Source: Camelus ferus | Taxonomy: Eukaryota | Length of the DNA stretch: 64,000 bases | Assembly: GCF_009834535.1 (NCBI RefSeq) | Contig: NC_045696.1 | Coordinates: 21,020,001 to 21,084,000 of the forward strand | Reading direction: 5' to 3' | In this document: piece by piece, positions 51,601 through 64,000 of the stretch | Numbering within the stretch: the stretch's first letter is position 1 | How the letters are laid out: every line of letters begins with the position of its first letter | Position numbers and translations under genes: made by a program | Notes under the pieces: model-generated | Database searches by the model: none | What the model was told of the DNA's origin: nothing | What the model saw: only the letters and a program-made list of their open reading frames with translations

Positions 51601-52275
51601 TGGTTTTGGATTAGCTTCAGAGATTTTTTTGGGAAAACATTAATGGTAGAAGAACTTAGATGATTACTCATTAAGCTTCTATTTTTCATCTCTTTCTCCT
51701 ACAGCCAAAGGGAAGATAAAAAGATATTCAGGATGATGTTTACTAATTAAATTCTTATAACATAGATTTTCCCTCCTCTCTTCCTTTCCTTGTAGAAGTT
51801 ATATTTCTTGTTGGGGCTGATGCTATGAATAGAATTTACATCTTATTTCCTAAAATTATGTTTTTTAAGTTATTGACTTTATTTTATTTTTAAAGAAATT
51901 ACTCTCTATCTCTTAAGCAGATAAAATTTCTGTACACTAGCAATAAAAAATATCCAGAATCATGTAAGGTAATGTACCAGCCTTTTTCTCTATGCACAAA
52001 TATTAAATATTACATTCAATTTACTTTTAAGAACTTTGAATCAAAAGTACTATTTTGATCTCCTATGATAAAAGAAAAAAAATGGCTTTAATTCTATATT
52101 TTTCTCAAGTAAGAAAAATGGAAGGATTACATAGATGTGATGTGGAGAGGAAAGGCCAGTTAATGAATGTGTGTAGAAAACCAAACAAGCAAGCACATCA
52201 ACAGAACATTTGATAACTAGACATAAAGATGAATGTGAGAAAATACATAGAAAAGTTAAAGGGAAAAGTTTCTTA

Positions 52276-52512
<237 letters not shown>

Positions 52513-52623
52513 AGTTTTGCTACAATTATTAATGGCCTCCATCATTGTTAATATTCAGCACATTTCTCACTTGAAAATGTGTTGTTTGTCTCTGGGGATC
52601 ATTCAGTCTCTTCTTATAATTTT

Positions 52624-52768
52624 ATTTGTTTATTTTTAATTCTTTTTTATGGGAAGAGGTAACTAAGTTTATTTGTTTACTTATTTTTTAAATGGAGGTA
52701 TTGGGGATTGAACCCAGGACCTTGTGCCTGCTAGGCAGGCACTCTACCACCAAGCTGTCTCCTCCCTG
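52624..52768 (-). mobile_element. tRNA-derived SINE (camelid Vic-1-like) with 16-bp TSD
   Basis: The minus strand reads gggaggagacagcttggtggtagagtgcctgcctagcaggcacaaggtcctgggttcaatccccaatacc, with Pol III A/B boxes and a bipartite A-rich tail. TSD ctcttcttataatttt at 52608-52623 and 52769-52784. Confidence 0.88.
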
Positions 52769-52789
52769 CTCTTCTTATAATTTTAAATT

Positions 52790-53390
52790 TGCTTGATGAA
52801 CATCAAATCATTCACTTAATACCTCAAAATGCCCTTTCTGTCTTCGTCCATTCCTGTTCTTCCACCAGGCCTACCACATTCACTTTACTCGACTTCTCTG
52901 CCCACCCTGCATCATTTCTGGGTGACACCACCCTGGTCTTCCATGACAGTCAATCCAGGAACAATTCCGAAACTGATGTCTGCAGCTCTGATGTCATAAG
53001 AACAGTTCTTATTAGATGCCATGATCTTCAGGTCACGTACGTGCTCAGTTTCACTCCAGACCACACATTGTCTCAGCTCCTGACTTAGGTTCAGGCACTC
53101 ACTTTTCCTTTCCTGGAATCCCTCCTTATGACTCACCTGACTCTACTATTTTTCCAATTAAAAAAAAAAAGATTTTTTTCACCCACCGTTCTCCATTCAT
53201 CTTTTAACCACCTTCAGCCTCTTCATGCACATCCATTAGTTCCAGAATAAAAAATCAGATTTTTCAAACCTAGTATATAAAGGATCCCTGAAAAAATCCC
53301 TGACTTCCTTTGCAACCTCAGGTACCATCATTTCTCTCACTATTCTCTGCTTTTCCATCCTCTAACTTTATGATACTACTTAAAATTCTT
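52790..53390 (+). mobile_element. L2 fragments
   Basis: Pyrimidine-rich L2 3' motifs ('caccaccctggtc', 'cctttcctggaatccctcc', 'ccagaataaaaaatcaga...ataaaggatccctg'). Confidence 0.5.
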
Positions 53391-55429
53391 GGGGAAAAAA
53401 AAATAGTGTTCTTTTACACAATTAGAAATTTAGTTCTTTGAAAGTTCTAAATGGTAGTTTATGTAACCATTGATGTTCAACAATTTGTCATTCTTAAGAA
53501 CCATTAATTAATTAAATCCTGCACTTTGAACCTACTTAATGATTCAGATGCCAATGAAAAATCACACTTATAAAGCTATCAAGTGTATCAGAGGAATTAA
53601 GTAAATTTGTATGTCTCTATTAGCAGGGATTAGTGATATTATTTATTTCCTCATATTGGAGACTGCAGAGAACACAAATCATGACCTCTCTTTTAATGTA
53701 GACTTTGGTTCAGGTCATTAACATTTTAGAACATATGATAAAAGATACCACTTGTATTTAATTGAAAAGAAACTCTACTGAGCTGTATGCAAAACTTTAA
53801 TATCAAGATATTAAATGCAATTTCATAAACTTTTACATGTAAAATATATAGAATCTTAGTTCTACCCTAAAGCGGTTAATGTTGATCCATTGCTTTTCTA
53901 ACATAACATTCATCAAAAACATAAAATATTGATTCCTTATAAAAGCATGCTTCGGTTTATAATTTGATCTATTGTAATCCCAAGAATTATCAGTGAAATG
54001 GAATAAAAGTGTGAAGAATTTTTATGAAAACATAATTTTTTACCTCTCAAATGTATTTTAAATTTTACGAGGCATTTCCTTATCATACATAAATGAAAAT
54101 ATCACAAAATGAGTAAAGAAAATATAGCAGAGTAGAATTAAAGAGAAACATGGACTTGACTCAGTGAATTCCCTGATAAAAACATTGTTTCTTTATCATC
54201 TGTTTTTTTATGCTCCTTATTTCCTTTTAGTTTGAAATATTCTATAATTTTTCTATCTTCTTGAATAAGTTTTCATATTTAACTTGTCACTTAACTTAGC
54301 TTAAGGGCCCGGGTTCTCTTTTCTTTTTTGTCTTAATGCATATGAAGAACCAAATTTGTTTACTAATGATCCCTAGAGAAGTCAAAAAAAAAGAGACTTA
54401 AAATATCCAAAAATCCATAACTCATAGCAACTATTCACTTTTTTCTCTTTCCTTTTTTATTCTTTTTCAATACTAACTCCCAAAACAATGAACACAAAAC
54501 AAAAAATGTTTGTTACCCGTAACAAGACTTTCAAACATTATCTTTCAGGATATTGTGAATGCTGAATATTTTAAAAGATAAATTTGTTTAATGTGTAGCA
54601 GCCAGAATCAGAGAGCTCTGAAGAGATCTCCACTTTAAAATGTTAATCCAAAACACGCACTAAATCATTGTGTAAAATATACTCAGATGTGAGCAATCAT
54701 TCTGCATTTACAGAAAGCTCTGACCTTTACAACATGGCTGACTAGAATTTCAAGACTGCATTTACACCCAGGCTAAAAATTTTTGAACAAAGCATGCATT
54801 TCTATCTGTATAGGTGACAAAAAAATTTTGAAAATAATATGAATTTGTTAATGAAAAGACTGAAAGATTTTAATATTGATCATTCTCTAAAAAATAGAAC
54901 TGTATTAGCATTATGGATATAATAATACATAAGAAAGGATCTAATTTTTCATTGTACCTGGCATTTGAAAGATACAGAAAGGCTCAAAATCACAATAAAG
55001 TTTTATGTATATTATAGCAGTGGTAATTTTCTGTAGAAAATGTATGGTTTTAAAAAGTTTTAGTTTTCATTTACCAAATTATAGAAGACAGAAAAGAAAA
55101 GTGGGCAACATAAGATTTATTTAAGGGTAAAATAAAGTTTATAATTTTAGTTTGAAATGTCTTCTCTATCTCTCAAACATTAATTCCTTTTTTGTTACTG
55201 TGATACAGAACTCTCAAAAATAATTTGAGATGTATTGACTATTAAATTTACTATATATTAAATTTAAACACAACTAAATATTGACTGTTTTTTGAAAAAT
55301 AATTTTATGAAGTAATTTTATCAAAATGGAAGTGTTAGATTGTAGATGAAATAGGGCATTCCCAGAATTATAATCTTAAGAATACTTTAAAAAAGTTAAA
55401 ATGTTGTATTTATTTATTTTGCTAGTATT

Positions 55430-55690
55430 TTTTTAAAGCAAATGTTGATGCACAGATTTTCCCGAATTTGTCATCTGTGTCTCCTTTTAAGCTGGTTCTT
55501 GTGTCGTTGTAATATGACCATATTAATAGGTGGACATTTCTTTCTTTCTTGGCAAATAAGAAGTCCCAGGCTCACCATGTGATGTCCATGACTCAGAATA
55601 GGAGTCAGTCACTTCCCAAGTAGTCCTGGTTTATAATATTTAGAAGCTAAATTCTAGTCATTGTGTGTGTTTGCTCATTGCTCATTCAGT
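55430..55690 (-). mobile_element. L1MC4/5-like 3' UTR fragment
   Basis: 'ttttaagctggttcttgtgtc...ggcaaataagaagtcccaggctcacc...ggagtcagtcacttcccaagtagtcctggtt'. Confidence 0.55.
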
Positions 55691-56164
55691 GGATAGACAA
55701 GAGGTAAAGTTACAGACACAAACACATTTTGTCATCAAAGATTTGCAGTATGAAAATGAGATGATGGATGGAATTTAAGTAATGAATATTTTATCAGCAT
55801 TTTCCAGCATGGCTACTATTTAAAAATTTATGAGGTAAAGACACATTCTGCACCCACATTTAAATATCAATAAGCCCAAGAAAAAGTTGTAATTCATTTT
55901 TGAATTACACTGTACTTCATAAACAACTCACAATCACCTTTCAAGATTTATGTCAGTCCAGTTCAAAAGTGAAATGCAACCTAGTATCCCAATGGGACCA
56001 TGTGTAACCGAAAGGGTTGGAAAAATATTTCTGACTCATAGCTAACCTTGAATTCATAGTTTAATACTTATTGCCTATATTTGAATCAGTTCTTAGATAT
56101 TGAGTATCAAATGAGTGATATATGATAAACTGAAAACTTCTGAAGGAACTTGTCATATAGCAAA

Positions 56165-56290
56165 GAGTTTTGAGCACATATATGCAGTCTGCGTTGTACG
56201 AAGGACTCATATATATTATCTTATTTAATGCTCTTAAGACTTCCAACTGCTAAGTATTTTCCCATCTTATACATGAAGAAACAGAAGTGT
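56165..56290 (-). mobile_element. MIR fragment
   Basis: 'attatcttatttaatgctctta...tattttcccatcttatacatgaagaaacaga'. Confidence 0.55.
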
Positions 56291-56724
56291 TCAGCAGATA
56301 AAAGCTTATTGAGAATCTGATTCAATAGACCTGGGGGAGTTGCCAGGTCATACAAAATACTAAAGTTTGGGAACAACTGACTTTGAAAGTCTTCTTGTTC
56401 GAAGGTAGCATCAGATGCAAATCTGCACAGTTAAATACTGTAAAATATTGCAGGTAATAAACAAGGTTATCAAGAAATTAATGTCTTCATAGTTTCAATT
56501 TATATGACATAGCAATAGGAAATCTTTTAAATTGATTTTCCCTTTAAACATAAAACCAAGCATAAATAAAATTTGAAAGTATAAATTAAACAATTAGGTC
56601 TTTTTCATACTATATATTGTAAGAAACAAAAGTAAGCTTTGGAACTAGGAAATCTGAGTTCAAAGTCTAATTGAGTTCCCTAATCTTGATGGATAATTTT
56701 AATTCATTTACCCAGGATTCATTG

Positions 56725-57200
56725 AGTTTATTCACAGTTCTCTACACAGAGAAGAAAGCAACATACAAATTGGGTGATTATCAAATTTACATTTTAATAG
56801 ACAAACAACAATACAGAAATAAATACATTAATAAAATAATTCCAGAGCATAGTAAGTGCTATGAAGAATATACATAAGGTGATATTATTAAGAGAAAAAG
56901 GGTGATGGTGTTTATTTTCACAAAGCAGCAAAAGAGATGGAAAAAGTTGGGTAGTTTGGAACTAGGTATTAGGTTTGATATGGTTGATGTAGATAAAGGA
57001 AGTTCAGGGTAATTTTATGACTTGTGGGTTTGCAGAAATGTAGCACCATTTTATCTACTCAAATAGAGAAGACTGGGAGCAGTTCTGATTTGGACATTTT
57101 AAACTTGAAGATGCCTATTAAACATTCAAATGAGTTACCACGAAGGCAGCTGGCAGTAAGTCTAGAGTTCAGACTCACTGGAAGTATAAACACGTAAATC
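56725..57200 (-). mobile_element. L2 fragments
   Basis: 'taagtgctatgaagaa', 'gagaagactgggagcagttctgatttggacattttaaacttgaagatgcctattaaacattcaaatgag'. Confidence 0.55.
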
Positions 57201-58453
57201 TTCAGCCAACATAGAAATATAAATATGTAAAGTCAATTCATGGATTTCTTGTCACCACAGGACAGAGAATTCACATTTTGATGCATCCTATCCTCCAAAC
57301 AAATATCTAAGGAGAAAATACTGTATGTTTTCATTCAAGATATATTTCAAAAATAATTGTCTAACTTACTGATGGGCAGATTTTTAGAAGGGCAAGAAGA
57401 GAAGCAGGTAAAATAGTTCATTTACCCAGAAAATATACATTGAGCAGTTGCTATGAGCCAGGCACAGTTAGAGACATCGAGCATGCATAGAACATACAGG
57501 CTGATATTCTAATACCTAACTTTATTTTTTAATTTGTTCCCAAACTAAAATATTCATATCATATTTATACTGAAAAATCGTGAATGGTTTCTCATTGCTT
57601 TATGGCCTGCAAGTCCACGAATACCCTAGAAGGTCTCTCCCCAGTCTACCTGTCCAGCCTTACCACTTTGCTAATTACTTACTTGCTGGGGTCCAGATAG
57701 TCCTTCTGTCTGCCTCAGACCTGGCAATTTGTGTTCTGTCCCAAGGGCTTGTCAATGTCATGTTTTTTCCTTCCCATAATGGTCTTCACTCATCTATTAG
57801 CTTACCTACTTTATATTAAACTTAATAGAAATACACATTTCTACTAAGTCATATTTTTATGATTTCTTTAGTACTATAAGTAGTATTTCCCCTCTCAAAG
57901 AGGAGCAAAATGACTAAGAAATTTTGAGGCAAATGTCATGGCCCCTGTGGCTATTCATAGATGATCTTAATGGAGTGGGTCAATGAAAAATGAAATACTT
58001 CCTAGATAGGGCAGTATCAAAAAGTCACCATGGACTGTATCAAGGAAAGGGAATAGATAATAAAAGGAAGCTGAATATAAGAAGCAGAGTGGGAGAAAGC
58101 TTAGGAAAAATTGCATCATGGAACTCTTCATAGGAAATATCTCTGATGGATTCATATTATTTAAATATTTATTATCTCCTTCTCCATTAGAATATAAACT
58201 CTACATGCATAGATAAGTGAGACTCCAGCCAGCAGGTGCTTAATAACAATTTGCTGATTTACATAGTTAATGTCTCCATTTTTTTTAACAGAGGAATAAG
58301 TAGGTCCTTTCAAATCTGGTCTTTCTGATTGCCACCTGGATATCTTCCACTCTTGCCTTCTCAACGACTTCACACTTTCGTGTAGTTACTCTTTCTCTTA
58401 TACCACGTTCCGTTTTTAGATAATTTTCTTCATTCTACAGACATGCTCCAGAA

Positions 58454-58676
58454 CAGAACTAGCTAACAAAGCAGATGCTAGTCATATAAAGCTATTTAAA
58501 ATTAAGTAAAATTTAAGGGAAAAATTCAGTTAGTCAGTCAGTCACATTAACCACATTACAGTGCTCAGAAGCCACATGTGGCTTGTGACTGTTAATATTG
58601 AACAGTGCAGCTCTAAATCGTGTTCTACATGATGGAATATTTCCATCGTCTCAGAAAGTTCTGTTTGGCAGTGCAG
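58454..58676 (-). mobile_element. MER3 (hAT-Charlie) DNA transposon
   Basis: 'aaaaattcagtt...ccacattacagtgctcagaagccacatgtggct...atttccatcgtctcagaaagttctgtttggcagtgcag'. 8-bp near-TSD ctccagaa / ctctagaa, typical of Charlie elements. Confidence 0.8.
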
Positions 58677-61029
58677 CTCTAGAATCTTTCTTGATCCTAC
58701 AATGCTTTCCAGTTGATTCCCCACCTCGCTTCTACCTTTGTCCTAAGAGTTGTGTGCATTTTCTTGTGCCCCTTACATCAAATTTCAAGAGATCTTTACA
58801 GTAAGGAGGAAAGAGAATGCAGAAAGTGGCATATATGCAATTAAAATAGATATTGTTCTGGTTGACGAAGAGGATGGATTTTCATATAGATTTAAAAATG
58901 TCAACATGTTGTCTGTTACAATTCATATTGTCTTGAAATAATATCTGCTCCTTCATTTTCCTTTTCTAATTCTAAAAGCAACTATGTCATTCAAAATCCC
59001 AAAACTTATTTGAAGTTAACCACTATTTCTCTAAGTTATTTCTCATAGATTGAAATTATTCTTTTTTAAATATATAACTATTTAAGTTAAGTATTCTACA
59101 CTCTGAAATGGGGAAATATACACATGATCTTAGAATTAGACTTACACTAATCACTTTCTAAGGGCATATTAAGGAATTGTTGACTAACCTGAAATATACT
59201 TTTTAATTATCGATACTGATTTATTTTAAAATATCAGTGCATTAGATCCAGGTTGATAGCCATGAGTGAATGAATTGTTCCTTTTTAAAAGTGAGTCACT
59301 TTTAAATATTTCTCAAATGCACTCTAGTGATCTTAAATGCTCACTGAAAAATCTGAGCAATTTAACCATTTGTAAGAGAAAGTCCATTACAATGCCAGGA
59401 TGGAAGCCACAAAGAACTTTATGTGAAGATAATGCATGTCTTAAATTGAACATGAACATCCCAAAAGTAAGTACAGTCAATGGAGCAATTATGTAATGTT
59501 CTCAGTTGAAATGATAATCAGGTCTCCATTTACATCCTCTAACAGCCAGCATGAAATATGCACAGTATTTACCAGTGTCCTTAATTGGGCACAAGAAGCC
59601 TCTTGGTATTCTGCCTGCATCTGGATTATATCCTTTTAAGAGGATACCTTCCTTAGTTGATTGTAACAGTATCAGTCAATATATGTATAAATAGAAGAAT
59701 CATCATATTTTAATAATCTTACGGTATATTCCCCCCAGATGAGTAAGCTATTTAATCATGTTATTCTCTTCAGGGGACTGAAACAGGGCTTTTTTTTTTT
59801 TTTTTTAGAAACAGAGCTTAATTAATCAGTTTTTTAAAAATCATCTTTTTGCACTTTACATAAAACATAACTTTAGTTTTAGATTGTAAATAATTTGGAC
59901 TTTATCCTATCAGTCATCAAGATCTCTTCTTCCTAACTGGAAATCGTCTATCAAACATTTGATAAAAGTGAGGCTTTCTGTCTGTTTTCTTCACAGTCTC
60001 ACCTCAGTGCCCAAAAAAGTGCCTTGAAATCCTAGATTCTTCATATTTATTCATTAAATTACAAAGACCCAATCTAACTAGATATTAAATTAACCAAGAA
60101 GAGTGATATGTCATACCCAAAATTAAGTTTTCCCATGTCTTACACAGACACAAACATAGAGGTTGTTTCTCAGCTAGAAATTGGTGTTTCTAGAAACAAG
60201 GTGTTTTCATTCAACAAGTGGTAGAGCTACTTCTACTTTTCTGTTTTCTGATTAGGTATGAAAACAGAAGTCGAACCCAGATACATCCTTTTCGCCGTCT
60301 TCAATGTATTTCCAAAACAAACAAATAAAACAAAAGTTACAGCAATTTCTTTTTTCAATAGCACTTAAAGAAAAGCTATCTCAACTGGTAATGTTGACAC
60401 TGCTTAAAAAATATGTAAACAGGCCAAGCTCAGCTAAGATTTTGGTTTGTCATTCTCAATTTATTCTCGATTCCTTCTTTCATGAGCTTACTCTGTATCT
60501 TTTCCATTTTGTGAAAGTAGACATTTTTATTGTCTATGGAAATGTTTACCTCCTAATTTGCAAGGAAGAGCAAGGCCAAGAAATTTTAAGATGATCAATT
60601 TTATTCTTCTCTTTAAAGTTTATGGATCTATAGTGACCTTTCTTCCTGCAGTGTTCAGAGAAAAACACATCTTCTATTTGACCGAAAAAAAAAGAATTAG
60701 TAATATCTAGATCATAGGATTTTCACAGGGATTAAAGGAAAGAATTAACACACAGACCTCACTCAAGTTTTTCTTTTAGATGTAGAAGCTTTTCACACTT
60801 TTCACACTGAAGACTAAAGCACCTTTATGACCCCATTTACCCAGATGAACCTCAACTTACACCTCTTGTTCTGGAGTCCTGCCCAGAAAGCACCCTTTAT
60901 CATTCTCAGAACGTTCCAGTTGGCATAGTAACTAACAAAAACCAACTCCATGCTCACTGGAACTGCATTTTGTGCACAGTGCATATACTTATCTCTCACT
61001 ACTCTGCAATATCACCTCTGTCATATATC

Positions 61030-62050
61030 TCATTTTCATACTTAAGTCTCTGGGCTATAGTTTCGATTATACCAGACCTATTGTTTATTTTGCACTATTA
61101 TCACACATTTTTACTTACTAGAATTTTATTAGTGATCTGCAAGTAGATCAATTCTCCCACCCAATTTTTCTAACTCAAAATATCCTTGGCCATTTCTAGA
61201 CCTTTGCTTTTCCATATGAGTTTTATAATTAACTTGGCAATTTTCACCTGGTTGAACATTACCTGAAATCTTATAAATTTTATAAATTAATTTGGGGATA
61301 ATTATTTTCTCCTCTCCATGAACATAGTCACTGCAATTATTGTAGTCTTGTAAGGTATCTTTAAATATCATATTTTTCACTGAATGGTTTTATGCACTTT
61401 AAATACATGTATTGTTAGATATATTATAGTTTTAGTTGACATTATAAACGATCCTTTTAAAAAATTTTTATTTTCTAATTCCTGTTGGTATATGAAAATG
61501 TAATTGACTTTTGTGTATTGATTTTACATGAAGTAAAATTAATAAACTCTTATTGATTCTAACATTTTGTCTTTAGTTTACATTGACTTATCTAAGTACA
61601 GAATCTCATTAACCATGAATAATGACAGTTTTGCTACTTTCTTTCTAATCCTCACAGTTTTATTGCTTTTGAATAAGGCCAACGGTATATTGTTGAATAA
61701 TGACAGTTTTGCTACTTTCTTTCTAATCCTCACAGTTTTATTGCTTTTGAATAAGGCCAACGGTATATTGTTGAATATAGACATTACATTCCTATTTTAA
61801 AGGGAATTCTTTTAATGTTTCAAGATTATGAATTAGATTGTTCTAGGATCTGATGTACATATTTTACCCATTTCAGAATTCATTGTTTATTCTTACTTTG
61901 GTGAGAGTTTTTTCATTAGAAATGTTTTTTGAATTTAATCAATTTTTTTCCTGCATCTTATGACTTTTAATCTATTTTCTAGTACTAAAGTCTGTTTTTA
62001 CTAAAAAAAACCCTAATTTTAAATAATTTCCCATAATCTGAGAAACACAC
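61030..62050 (-). mobile_element. Ancient L1 (L1ME-like) ORF2 fragment
   Basis: The ORF at 61129-61380 (-) retains L1 ORF2 words (IIPKLIYKIYKI..., GGRIDL). Antisense motifs such as 'ccttggccatttctagacctttgcttttccatatgagtttta'. Confidence 0.75.
61616..61777. repeat. Perfect 78-bp tandem duplication
   Basis: 61616-61693 equals 61694-61771 exactly, followed by a third tgaata (61772-61777). Confidence 0.95.
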
Positions 62051-62124
62051 TTGTTATGAAACTGAAACTGATCAGCCAGAAACCGAGAAATATCCAAGGT
62101 GTTAACTATCTTACAATATATGGT

Positions 62125-62128
<4 letters not shown>

Positions 62129-62159
<31 letters not shown>
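62129..62159. repeat. (TG)n microsatellite
   Basis: Seen directly. Confidence 0.95.
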
Positions 62160-62161
<2 letters not shown>

Positions 62162-62351
62162 CCTTTGAATCAGGTCAGACCTTTATAACTCATAGTAATA
62201 ATAACATTGAGTAACATCGTAATGCCGTTTCCTCATACCTAGTACTGCACAGAGTGACAATTTAAGATCCAAATGACTATACTTGTGTATACAGTGGGGT
62301 AACACCACAAGGAGAGCATCTCTGAAATTATGAATCTTGGAGTTTACTATT

Positions 62352-62392
62352 ACATATATGTGGATATATACATATATATATATACATATATA

Positions 62393-62423
<31 letters not shown>

Positions 62424-62426
62424 GTA
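62352..62426. repeat. Compound (TA)n/(TG)n microsatellite
   Basis: Seen directly. Confidence 0.9.
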
Positions 62427-62695
62427 ATTTTCAGACAGGCTTTTGAAAGATAGGTTTCTCTATGCTCCATGCTTGCTAGTGGATGGAATCATTGTAGCCA
62501 GTCTTTTCCATGTGAGAGCTCCAGTATTATGCAGGCGTCTTGTTTACAGCCCTCTGCCATGCAGATCCCAAGATCCCATCTACTATCATACAGCTGCCTA
62601 AACACATATCTCTTTGTTCCTAACAGATCTGCTTACCATTCTGGTTTTCAGGTTTCTCTACCTTGTAGTCCCTAAGTAATATCTCCTTTACTTTT

Positions 62696-62792
62696 TTAAA
62701 AAAGAATTGAAGTACAGTCAGTTACAATGTGTTAATTTCCAGCTAACCACACAATGTCCCAGTCATCCCCGTCATGCTTATACAGACATATA
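62696..62792 (-). mobile_element. Very short young L1 3' end with TSD
   Basis: 'aattgaagtacagtcagttacaatgtgttaatttcc' matches the 3' end of the L1 at 43997-44040. Flanked by tcctttactttt (62684-62695 / 62793-62804). Confidence 0.8.
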
Positions 62793-62832
62793 TCCTTTAC
62801 TTTTGAAGACGGGGTTTATATATGAATAGATA

Positions 62833-63485
62833 CAGTCAATTCTCATTATTTGCAGTCCTTTTATGTTCTGTAAAGTTCCCATGAACACTGAATTAGCAAA
62901 TACTGAACCACTGCTTGAAGGGGAAGAGCAGGGTTAGGTTGCTGTGATCCTCTGGTCACAATAATTTTATCAACTGATCAGTATGTAACCTTGTTTTATG
63001 TGTGTTTCTATTTTAAAGACACCTCATTTAAAATATGTTGCTGATTCATTAACACTGAACTCACAGCCAACAGTGGTATAACTCACGCCTGAATTCAGCT
63101 GCTCTAACTCAAGCCTGTTCTCTGTAAGGCACTCACAGCCTTCCTGTACTTAGGAAAAATGGACAGCATTACAGTACTATGCCTGGGGGCCATTTTAAAC
63201 AACAAAATCACCAATAAAAAGCATAAAGATGTAAAATAGGTGGCACTAAATAGACTGCAAAAAGGACACAGCATGAAAGCTGAATGAGGAAGGCAGAGCA
63301 TCACCTTATTTGACCTCAACGGAGTATATGCCCACTGGGAAAGTCAAATTTTTAACTCTGTGCATCTCCACAAATGACCAGGAAAAGTACCAGGGAGTAT
63401 TGGTTTAGGGAGTACAGGTAAATTTTAGCTAGTAGGCAAACCCACAGTTTATGGGTATGGAATCCACAAATAGTCAGGTTTGATG
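62833..63485 (-). mobile_element. MER82 (TcMar-Tigger) DNA transposon, near full length
   Basis: TA-flanked, starts cagtcaattctcattattt. Internal 'tggcactaaatagactgcaaaaaggacac', 'aggcagagcatcaccttatttgacctca' and 'aaattttagctagtaggcaaa...ggaatccacaaata' match MER82 as recalled. Confidence 0.82.
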
Positions 63486-63599
63486 TAGACAGACAGATCT
63501 AGATATAAATGTAGATATATAATATACTGGCATTTCAAATTAGCTGTAAGATGGTAAGAGTCTGAGCATGAATTTTATATTTTTAGTAAAAATATCCAA

Positions 63600-63870
63600 A
63601 TCTTGATAAGGATATTATAAACTGACATACAATGCTGTGGGAGTAAATTTAATATAATTTTCTGGGAAGTGATTTGGCAACATATATTAAGAACTTTTAA
63701 ATTATTTAAACAAATTAATTTAGTCATTACCCTTCAGGGAAACCAATCCTACCAAATCCTAAAAAATGTGGACACAGATTAATATACAGATATATGCACT
63801 GTACCATTAAATTTACTGTATGAAATTTGGAAAGAGACAAAATGCCCAACCACAGGAATATGCTTACATA
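63600..63870 (+). mobile_element. Ancient L1 ORF2 C-terminal fragment
   Basis: 'catacaatgctgtgggagtaaatt...ttctgggaagtgatttggcaacatatattaa' L1ME-like. Confidence 0.55.
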
Positions 63871-64000
63871 AATTAGATTTAATCCTGTAAAAATGACTGA
63901 GTAGGTATCATAGATTCTTTGAAAGCAATTTAAATTTATTACTTTGGGAAGCTTCTTCTGATTAAAAATAAGGTAAAGTAGCATGGATATAAATTATATA

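Noticed and set aside
52690..52768. tRNA gene
   Set aside because: The tRNA-like head has an A-rich tail and TSD, so it is a SINE. The cloverleaf is degenerate.
61567..61800. Repeat-containing peptide ORFs on both strands, or a CRISPR-like array
   Set aside because: Explained by a single 78-bp duplication. There are no spacers and the context is mammalian L1.

Overview
AT-rich, CpG-depleted mammalian nuclear DNA that reads as an intron or intergenic region. I found no protein-coding exon, RNA gene, CpG island or prokaryote-type system that I can support. The listed ORFs are chance ORFs or decayed LINE-1 frames; only the ORF at 44654-44977 is recognisably L1 ORF2p C-terminus. A tRNA-derived SINE with a 16-bp TSD (52624-52768) resembles the camelid Vic-1 family, so the source is probably a camelid (inference). 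The window is dominated by transposable-element fossils: ERV1-type solo LTRs (all on the minus strand), MaLR/ERVL LTRs, many L1 fragments of different ages, L2/MIR, and MER58A/MER3/MER82 DNA transposons, plus microsatellites. The most unusual signals are small rearrangement scars: an exact 45-bp copy 1.74 kb from its source, a scrambled templated junction at an L1 insertion, a perfect 78-bp tandem duplication, an unexplained ~477-bp GC-richer insert splitting an L1, and very short L1 insertions with clear TSDs. I did not find a previously undescribed biological system. Repeat family names come from memory of consensus sequences, not from a search, and boundaries of old repeats are approximate.
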